From assembly GCA_947584035.1 (NCBI GenBank), contig CANPWJ010000001.1, positions 1 to 46,767 on the forward strand: a DNA stretch of 46,767 bases. Direction: 5' to 3'. This DNA is from an uncultured Acetatifactor sp. GTDB lineage: Bacteria; Bacillota; Clostridia; Lachnospirales; Lachnospiraceae. Position numbers and translations under genes: made by a program. This document shows positions 40,432-46,767 of the stretch, piece by piece. Under the pieces are notes generated by a model. It saw only the letters and a program-made list of their open reading frames with translations. It ran no database searches and was not told the origin of the DNA. Each line of letters starts with the position of its first letter. Position 1 is the first letter of the stretch.

Positions 40432-40544
40432 CGCCAAAAAATATTGACGGAAGTGTCAATCTGTGTTAAGGTGTTTTATACAAAAAAGCAACCTAACTTT
40501 GGCGGGTGCGGTTGCTTTTTTGATGTTCTAAAATCGTATCAAAC
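40432..40544. repeat. Degenerate, internally deleted copy of the 34725-34966 toxin/antitoxin-like module
   Basis: Shares TTGACGGA..GTCAATC, the CAAAAAAGCAACC...GGTTGCTTTTTTGATGT hairpin and AAAATCGTATCAAAC, in the same order. Confidence 0.8.
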
Positions 40545-40638
40545 TCTCTCCCAACCAATGGTTGAGTTTGATCATTCTACTTACAGTTCGTGTACAGAAA
40601 CAGATAAAGCTTGTAAAGTGCAGCATGAAAGGAGGCAT

Positions 40639-41463
40639 ATGGGAATGAATCAAATGGATACAGGAAAGTTTATTGCTGGCTGCAGAAAAGAAAAAGGATT
40701 GACGCAAGCTCAATTAGCAGAAAAGTTAAACATTACCGACAGGGCTGTTTCGAAATGGGAAACGGGAAAATGTATGCCCGATTCCTCTATTATGTTGGAG
40801 CTTTGCAATATTTTAGATGTTACTGTCAACGAACTGTTCACTGGGGAGAGGATCGAAAGGAATGATTATGAAGAAAAAGCAAATGAAAACCTCATTGAAT
40901 TAAAAAGAAAAGATGAGAATCATAGGAACAGGAACGTCCTAATATCCACAATATACACCATCGCTATGGTGATTGGCATTATGGTGTGTTGTATATGTGA
41001 TATTGCTATTTCGGGAACCCTGACATGGTCTCTGATTGTGCTTAGCTCTGTCCTGGTTACCTGGATCGCATCCTTTCCGATTATATTGTTGGGAAAGAAG
41101 GGTGTGTTGGCGGCAATGATTGCTGTCAGTATTTTCATGGTGCCATTTATGTACCTATTAAGTATTTTGATAAAAGTCAAGGAGGTATTTCGCATTGGCG
41201 CGGTTATGTCGATTCTTTCCCTTGTATTTTTGTGGATAATTTATGGGATGTATCGCCGATTGAAAGAACGAAAACTCTTGGCAGCAGGAATTACATTCTT
41301 GCTTGCGATCCCATTTACCATTTTGATAAACAGTATATTGTCCAAAATGATTGGAGAGCCTGTAATGGATATTTGGGATCTGTTATCTGCATTGATTCTG
41401 TTTATAATTGCAGTTGCTTTTATCCTTGGAGATTATGCAAGGGAAAAAGGTTCTATAAGATAA
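40639..41463 (+). CDS. XRE-family HTH protein with C-terminal multi-TM domain
   Basis: RKEKGLTQAQLAEKLNITDRAVSKWETG; about 6 TM; RBS AAGGAGG; CAACC-N3-GGTTG palindrome upstream at 40552-40564. Confidence 0.88.
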   Translation: MGMNQMDTGKFIAGCRKEKGLTQAQLAEKLNITDRAVSKWETGKCMPDSSIMLELCNILDVTVNELFTGERIERNDYEEKANENLIELKRKDENHRNRNVLISTIYTIAMVIGIMVCCICDIAISGTLTWSLIVLSSVLVTWIASFPIILLGKKGVLAAMIAVSIFMVPFMYLLSILIKVKEVFRIGAVMSILSLVFLWIIYGMYRRLKERKLLAAGITFLLAIPFTILINSILSKMIGEPVMDIWDLLSALILFIIAVAFILGDYAREKGSIR

Positions 41464-41479
41464 ATTTACAATTAAAAAC

Positions 41480-41513
41480 GCGGTAAATACGGCTTTCCCG
41501 CCATATTTACCGC
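41480..41513. other. Inverted repeat between the XRE gene and the tRNA 3' end (terminator or att-associated)
   Basis: GCGGTAAATA...TATTTACCGC. Confidence 0.6.
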
Positions 41514-41525
41514 ACCCTGTAAGAC

Positions 41526-41609
41526 TGCGGAAGATGGGACTTGAACCCACACGACATTGCTGCCACAAGATCCTTAGTCTTGCTCGTCTGCCAGTTCCGA
41601 CACTTCCGC
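41526..41609 (-). tRNA. tRNA-Leu with anticodon AAG (CCA not encoded)
   Basis: GCGGAAG/CTTCCGC acceptor stem, CAAGA-CTAAGGA-TCTTG anticodon arm, long variable arm, GGTTCAAGTCC T arm. Confidence 0.95.
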
Positions 41610-41649
41610 ATCCTGATTCCGCGGCATCGGGCGATACCGCGCACCTATG

Positions 41650-41678
41650 ATAATAGCATTATATATGGGAAAAGTCAA
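41650..41678 (-). promoter_or_regulatory. sigmaA promoter of tRNA-Leu
   Basis: TTGACT-17 nt-TATTAT with extended TG. Confidence 0.7.
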
Positions 41679-41771
41679 ATCTTTTTTCAAATTTTCCTCC
41701 CAATTTTCCTCCAAAGATTTCCCGGAACGCTTTCCTTTCAAATTTCCTTTAAAATTTCTTGGCAAAATTTA

Positions 41772-41800
41772 TTGTCTAAAAGGGCAATCTGTTATATACT
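41772..41800 (+). promoter_or_regulatory. sigmaA promoter of the SEC-C gene
   Basis: TTGTCT-17 nt-TATACT. Confidence 0.55.
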
Positions 41801-41865
41801 GTTTCTTATAATCACGAATGTGATCGCGAAAAAATACGCAGACAGCGGACAAGGATGGTAAGAGT

Positions 41866-42372
41866 ATGGCATTGTTGGATCAGTGGAAAGAGATAGCTTA
41901 CAATGAGGCGGCCGGCACGGAGAAGCTCCAGCAGATCTGGAACGCGTATTTCCTCGAGGAGAAGGATATCTATGCCCAGCTTTTGAAGAACCCGGACGAG
42001 GTGGTAAAGGGCACGGTCAAGGAGCTGGCGGATCGGTTCAACGTCTCTCTGATGACGATGACCGGATTTTTGGACGGCATCAACGACAGTCTGGTGGAGA
42101 AGAACCCTGTGGAGGAGATGGAGGAGGACACGGAGGTTAATCTCGGCTTTGACAAGGAGCTCCTCTACAAAAATATGGTGGCCGCGGAGGCGGACTGGCT
42201 TTACAATCTGGAGGAGTGGAAGGAGATCTTTGACGACGACAGGAGAAAGGCCCTCTATAAGGAGCAGAAGTCGTCCACCACGATCGTGAAGGACAAGAAG
42301 GTGTACCCCAACGATCCCTGCCCCTGCGGAAGCGGCAAAAAATATAAGAAGTGCTGCGGCAAAAAGAGCTGA
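41866..42372 (+). CDS. SEC-C metal-binding domain protein
   Basis: C-terminal [19 protein letters not shown]; [10 protein letters not shown]. Confidence 0.9.
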   Translation: MALLDQWKEIAYNEAAGTEKLQQIWNAYFLEEKDIYAQLLKNPDEVVKGTVKELADRFNVSLMTMTGFLDGINDSLVEKNPVEEMEEDTEVNLGFDKELLYKNMVAAEADWLYNLEEWKEIFDDDRRKALYKEQKSSTTIVKDKKVYPNDPCPCGSGKKYKKCCGKKS

Positions 42373-42387
42373 CGGTCAAGCATATAG

Positions 42388-42419
42388 AAGGGCTTATTCC
42401 TGCGGGGATGGCCCTTTTG
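42388..42419 (+). terminator. Probable intrinsic terminator
   Basis: AAGGGC...GCCCTTTT hairpin after the stop codon. Confidence 0.55.
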
Positions 42420-42449
42420 TAAACAATGGAAGAAGAGGAGAGGATTACG

Positions 42450-43046
42450 ATGAAGAAAATGTTGAAGGAAATGAAGTGGCAGGCCCTGACGCGGGGGGTG
42501 ATGTATGTGGTGCTGGGGATCGTGGCGCTGGTGATCCCGGACACCATGGTCAAGACCCTGGGGTATCTCATGGGGATCCTTCTGATCGTGGGAGGGGCGC
42601 TCTCCATGATCAGCTACCTGCTGCGGGACGCCCATGAGAATTATTATCACGAGGGCTTTACCTACGGCCTGATCGGGATTGTGGTGGGGATCGTGGTGCT
42701 CTACCGGGTGGAATTTGTCATTTCCCTGGTGCCCTTTGTCCTGGGGATCCTGGTGCTCTTGAGCGCCTGTTCCAAGCTTCAGGATGTCATTGACATGAAG
42801 CGGCTGGATTACGGGAACTGGGTGTTGATGCTGGTTCTGGCAGCGGTCAATCTGCTCCTGGGCATCCTGCTGATCTGCAACCCGTTCGAGGCGGTGACGA
42901 TGATGTTTCGCGTCCTGGGAGTCGGCCTTTTGTTCAGCGGCATCACCGACTGCGTGACCACCGTTTACTTTGCGCGCAAGATCGGGGATTACATGAAGAG
43001 CAGGGAGGATGTCACGGGAAGCTATGAGGAGATCACGCGGGAGTAG
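42450..43046 (+). CDS. HdeD/DUF308 family membrane protein
   Basis: Six TM segments with LGIVALVIP and LGILLICNPF repeats. Confidence 0.8.
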   Translation: MKKMLKEMKWQALTRGVMYVVLGIVALVIPDTMVKTLGYLMGILLIVGGALSMISYLLRDAHENYYHEGFTYGLIGIVVGIVVLYRVEFVISLVPFVLGILVLLSACSKLQDVIDMKRLDYGNWVLMLVLAAVNLLLGILLICNPFEAVTMMFRVLGVGLLFSGITDCVTTVYFARKIGDYMKSREDVTGSYEEITRE

Positions 43047-43087
43047 CGCCGGGAAACGGCCGCCGCGTTTCGGAAGGGAGGCTGCGC

Positions 43088-43492
43088 ATGAATATTGCGT
43101 CATTTATACAACCCAAGGTGGAGGTCGCTTATCTGCGGGACAGCATGACGCTGCACCAGGGGCTTAGAGGGCTGCGGGAGAGCGGCTACACGGCGATCCC
43201 CGTTATCGACCGGGAGGACCGCTATGTGGGCGTGGCCAGCGAAGGGGACTTCCTGTGGAGCATCATGGGCCATGTGGAATACCAGGAGGAGCTGGACACG
43301 CGGACGGTGCGCGACATCATCCAGGGCGGCAAGATTCTTCCCGTCCGGATCGACACCAGCATGGAGCAGCTGCTGGAACAGGTCAAGCAGCAGAATTTTG
43401 TCCCGGTGGTGGACGACCGGAATGTGTTTATCGGTATCGTCACCAGAAAAGACATCATCACATATTTTATGAAGAACCACCCGCTGCGGTAG
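43088..43492 (+). CDS. Tandem CBS domain protein, DarB(YkuL)/CbpB-like
   Basis: GYTAIPVID...QNFVPVVDDRNVFIGIVTRKDII. Confidence 0.85.
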   Translation: MNIASFIQPKVEVAYLRDSMTLHQGLRGLRESGYTAIPVIDREDRYVGVASEGDFLWSIMGHVEYQEELDTRTVRDIIQGGKILPVRIDTSMEQLLEQVKQQNFVPVVDDRNVFIGIVTRKDIITYFMKNHPLR

Positions 43493-43637
43493 CCTTTGAG
43501 CCGGACAGGGGAAGAGACAGAGAAAGCGACAGAAAGGCCGGCGGCAAACGGGCAGAGAACCCGGACGACAGAGACACAGAAAATCCTATTAAGCTATAAA
43601 AAATAAGAAAAGCACGATGGAAGGAGTTGGATAAAAA

Positions 43638-44162
43638 ATGAAGAAACTGGAAGAATATGTGAGAAGCATCCCGGATTTCCCGGAGAAGGGGATCATTTTC
43701 CGGGACGTAACCAGTGTGCTGCAGGATGCCGACGGGCTCCGTCTGGCGGTGGACACCATGCAGGGGCTGATCCAGGATCTGGATTATGACGTGGTGGCCG
43801 GCGCGGAGGCGAGAGGGTTTATTTTCGGGACGGCGATCGCTTACAACCATCACAAGCCGCTGGTTCTCATCCGCAAGAAGGGGAAGCTGCCCTGCGAGAC
43901 GGTGGAGGCATCCTATGATCTGGAGTATGGCACCGCGACCATCGAGATGCACAAGGACAGCATCCGTCCCGGACAGAAGGTGCTGATCGTGGACGATCTG
44001 ATCGCCACCGGAGGAACCATCGAGGCGATGGCCCGCCTGATAGAGACTCTGGGCGGAGAGGTGGCCGGCGTGGTCGTTCTGATGGAGCTGGCCGGTCTGA
44101 AGGGGCGCGAGCGTCTGAAGGATTACCGGGTGGAGTCCGCCATCTGTTATCCCGGAAAATAA
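43638..44162 (+). CDS. apt: Adenine phosphoribosyltransferase
   Basis: IPDFPEKGIIFRD, EARGF, RKKGKLP, YDLEYG, VDDLIATGGT. Confidence 0.96.
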   Translation: MKKLEEYVRSIPDFPEKGIIFRDVTSVLQDADGLRLAVDTMQGLIQDLDYDVVAGAEARGFIFGTAIAYNHHKPLVLIRKKGKLPCETVEASYDLEYGTATIEMHKDSIRPGQKVLIVDDLIATGGTIEAMARLIETLGGEVAGVVVLMELAGLKGRERLKDYRVESAICYPGK

Positions 44163-44193
44163 TTTTTTTTTGGAAGGCATGGAGTTGGTATCT

Positions 44194-46494
44194 ATGACAG
44201 AAGAAAAGAAAGAGGTCGTCATCGACGACGGCGCGCTGAGCAAGACGCAGGAATTTGTGGCTCCCGAGGTATTGTATCAGGGGCTGATTTCCCGTGTGCA
44301 GAAATATCATCCAAGCGACGATATCACCATGATCGAGAAGGCTTATCGTGTGGCCTTTGAAGCGCACAGGGATCAGCGGCGCAAGTCCGGCGAGCCCTAC
44401 ATTGTCCATCCTTTAAACGTCGCCATTATTCTGGCGGATCTGGAGATGGACAAGGAGACCATTGTGGCCGGGATCCTGCACGACGTGGTGGAAGATACCG
44501 TGATGACGGAGGAGGATCTGGTGCGAGAGTTCGGCCAGGACGTAGCGCTTTTGGTGGACGGCGTCACCAAGCTGGAGAAGATCCCCTTCACCAGTACCAT
44601 GGAGGACCCCACCAGCGCAAAGCTGGAGCTGCAGGCGGAGAATCTGCGCAAGATGTTCCTGGCCATGGCGAAGGATATCCGCGTCATTCTGATCAAGCTG
44701 GCGGACCGGCTGCACAACATGCGCACGCTGCGCTATCAGAAGCCGGAGAGCCAGCAGAGGATCGCCCGGGAGACGCTGGAGATCTACTGTCCCATCGCGC
44801 AGCGGCTGGGGATCAGCAAGATCAAGATCGAGCTGGACGATCTGTCCCTAAAGTATCTGGAGCCGGAGGTCTACTATGACCTGGTGGATAAGATCGCGAT
44901 CCGCAAGAGCGTCCGGGAGAAGTATATTCAGGGCATTGTGGAAGAGGTGCGCAGACACATTGAAAACGCGGGCATCAAGGCACAGGTGGACGGCCGTGTC
45001 AAGCACTTTTTCAGCATCTACAAGAAGATGAAGAACCAGAACAAGACGCTGGATCAGATTTACGACCTGTTTGCCGTGCGGATCATCGTGGACACGGTGA
45101 AGGACTGCTACGCGGCGCTGGGAGTGATCCATGAGATGTATAAGCCCATTCCGGGGCGCTTCAAGGATTACATCGCCATGCCCAAGGCAAATATGTACCA
45201 GTCCCTGCACACTACACTCATCGGCAGCACGGGACAGCCCTTCGAGATCCAGATCCGCACCTTTGAGATGCACAAGGCCGCCGAGTACGGGATCGCGGCC
45301 CACTGGAAATACAAGGAGGCATCCGACGGCAAGAAGGTAGAGAAAACGGAGGAGGAGAAGCTTACGTGGCTCCGCCAGATCCTGGAGTGGCAGCGGGAGA
45401 TGTCCGACAACAAGGAGTTTATGAATCTCCTGAAAAACGATCTGGATCTCTTTGCCGACAGCGTGTACTGCTTTACGCCCACGGGCGAGGTGAAGAATCT
45501 TCCGGCGGGCTCCACGCCCATCGACTTCGCTTACAGCATCCACTCCGCGGTAGGAAACAAGATGGTAGGCGCCAGAGTCAACGGAAAGCTGGTCAACATC
45601 GACTATCAGATCAGCAACGGGGACCGGGTCGAGATCATCACCTCCCAAAATTCCAAGGGCCCCAGCCGTGACTGGCTGAATGTGGTCAAGAGCACCCAGG
45701 CTAAGAACAAGATCAATCAATGGTTCAAAAACGAGCGGAAGGACGACAATATCTTAAAGGGGAAGGATCTGCTGGCCGCATACTGCAAGGCGAAGTCCAT
45801 CAATCCGGCCAACCTGATGAAACCGGAATACATGGCGGAGATCCTGCGAAAGTACGGCTTTCGGGACTGGGACTCCGTGCTGGCTGCCATCGGCCACGGC
45901 GCGCTGAAGGAGGGCCAGATCGTCAATCGGCTGCAGGAGCTCTACGAGAGAGAGCACCACAGGGAGATGACCAACGAGGAGGTTCTGGCCAGCATCGCGG
46001 AGGCCAACGCCGGCGGCAAGCCTCCCCTGATGCGCTCCAAGAGCGGCATTGTGGTGAAGGGGATCGCGGACGTGTCCGTGCGCTTTTCCAAGTGCTGTTC
46101 CCCGGTGCCGGGAGATGAGATCGTCGGGTTCGTCACCAGGGGGCGGGGAGTCTCCATTCACCGCACGGACTGCCCGAACATGCTGAATCTGCCGGAGATG
46201 GAGCGGATCCGGCTGATCGACGCAGAGTGGCAGCAGGAGAGTATGCCGGATGAAAAATATGTGGCGGAGATCACGATCTACGCCAACGACCGGAAGGGCT
46301 TGCTGGTGGATATCTCCAAGGCGCTCACGGAAAAGAATATCAGTATTCTGGGTGTGAATACCCGGACCAACAAGCAGGGACAGGCCACGCTCCAGGTCAA
46401 TTTTGAGATCGGCAGCAGACTGGAGCTGGACCGCATCATCGACAAGCTGCGCGGGATCGAGAGCGTGATCGATATAGAAAGGACGGCAAGCTGA
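44194..46494 (+). CDS. rel: Bifunctional (p)ppGpp synthetase/hydrolase Rel
   Basis: RKSGEPYIVHP, LHDVVEDT, KLADRLHNMRT, YQSLHTT, EIQIRT, TGS, ZFD and ACT domains; start could be 44179. Confidence 0.96.
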   Translation: MTEEKKEVVIDDGALSKTQEFVAPEVLYQGLISRVQKYHPSDDITMIEKAYRVAFEAHRDQRRKSGEPYIVHPLNVAIILADLEMDKETIVAGILHDVVEDTVMTEEDLVREFGQDVALLVDGVTKLEKIPFTSTMEDPTSAKLELQAENLRKMFLAMAKDIRVILIKLADRLHNMRTLRYQKPESQQRIARETLEIYCPIAQRLGISKIKIELDDLSLKYLEPEVYYDLVDKIAIRKSVREKYIQGIVEEVRRHIENAGIKAQVDGRVKHFFSIYKKMKNQNKTLDQIYDLFAVRIIVDTVKDCYAALGVIHEMYKPIPGRFKDYIAMPKANMYQSLHTTLIGSTGQPFEIQIRTFEMHKAAEYGIAAHWKYKEASDGKKVEKTEEEKLTWLRQILEWQREMSDNKEFMNLLKNDLDLFADSVYCFTPTGEVKNLPAGSTPIDFAYSIHSAVGNKMVGARVNGKLVNIDYQISNGDRVEIITSQNSKGPSRDWLNVVKSTQAKNKINQWFKNERKDDNILKGKDLLAAYCKAKSINPANLMKPEYMAEILRKYGFRDWDSVLAAIGHGALKEGQIVNRLQELYEREHHREMTNEEVLASIAEANAGGKPPLMRSKSGIVVKGIADVSVRFSKCCSPVPGDEIVGFVTRGRGVSIHRTDCPNMLNLPEMERIRLIDAEWQQESMPDEKYVAEITIYANDRKGLLVDISKALTEKNISILGVNTRTNKQGQATLQVNFEIGSRLELDRIIDKLRGIESVIDIERTAS

Positions 46495-46767
46495 TGGCAG
46501 AGATAAAGATTGGACGCATGGTGCTGGGGGTTTACGGCACCAACTGTTATTTCCTGTACCGGGAGGGCGGCAGCGATGTGATCGTGATCGACGCGCCGGA
46601 TCAGGGGAAGCGTATCTGTGAGACGTTGGAAAAGAACGGTCTCCGCGTGGCGGCGATCCTTTTGACACACGGGCACTTTGACCATATCTGGGGAGTGGAG
46701 GAGCTGAAAAACGCGGCCAACGAACGGGCGGAGGCGCTGGGAAAGGAACCGGTAAAGGTCTATGCCT
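46494..46767 (+). CDS. MBL-fold metallo-hydrolase, truncated by window end
   Basis: MAEIKIGRMVLGVYGTNCY...LLTHGHFDHI; ATG overlaps the rel stop codon. Confidence 0.88.
   Translation, partial: MAEIKIGRMVLGVYGTNCYFLYREGGSDVIVIDAPDQGKRICETLEKNGLRVAAILLTHGHFDHIWGVEELKNAANERAEALGKEPVKVYA

Noticed and set aside
40396-40638. N-terminal extension of the XRE protein
   Set aside because: Covers the TA relic and terminator; a strong RBS supports ATG 40639
43495-43620. GA-rich spacer with GACAGA repeats before apt
   Set aside because: Irregular low-complexity sequence with no fixed unit or stable structure
44150-44171. T run between apt and rel as a terminator or phase-variable tract
   Set aside because: No convincing upstream stem, and the run is intergenic

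Overview
Chromosomal segment of a GC-rich Clostridia-type bacterium, most consistent with a gut Lachnospiraceae (inferred from gene content only). The core genes, in order: citrate synthase (5' end outside the window), an MCP, a DUF2974 lipase-like gene, a C26 glutamine amidotransferase, an F1Fo ATP synthase operon with no free atpH (a half-delta domain is fused to alpha), and an LtaS-like/YfhO/membrane spermidine-synthase-like trio. These are followed by an unsaturated-uronate operon (kduI, dhuD-like, dhuI-like, eda, kdgK), a CZB-MCP/double-receiver/PocR hybrid kinase cluster, a TRIC-family gene and an M20 amidohydrolase with two membrane proteins. The far end holds a SEC-C protein, DUF308, a DarB/CbpB-like CBS protein, apt, rel and an MBL hydrolase. 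Two AT-richer accessory zones stand out. The first is a solitary Schlafen/AlbA_2-HATPase gene (about 960-2890) followed by 11/26-bp repeats. The second is a ~9 kb zone (about 32760-41520) downstream of a rare tRNA-Leu(AAG). It carries a DUF4428-coiled-coil-NERD fusion, a tag pseudogene, an MCP, three DUF6033-like proteins, an XRE membrane regulator, and a candidate type I toxin-antitoxin module absent from the ORF track (43-aa membrane peptide, convergent promoters, bidirectional hairpin, 5'/3' complementarity, overlapping leader ORF). A second, internally deleted copy of this module lies ~5.7 kb away. All family calls come from motif recognition by eye; no searches were run.
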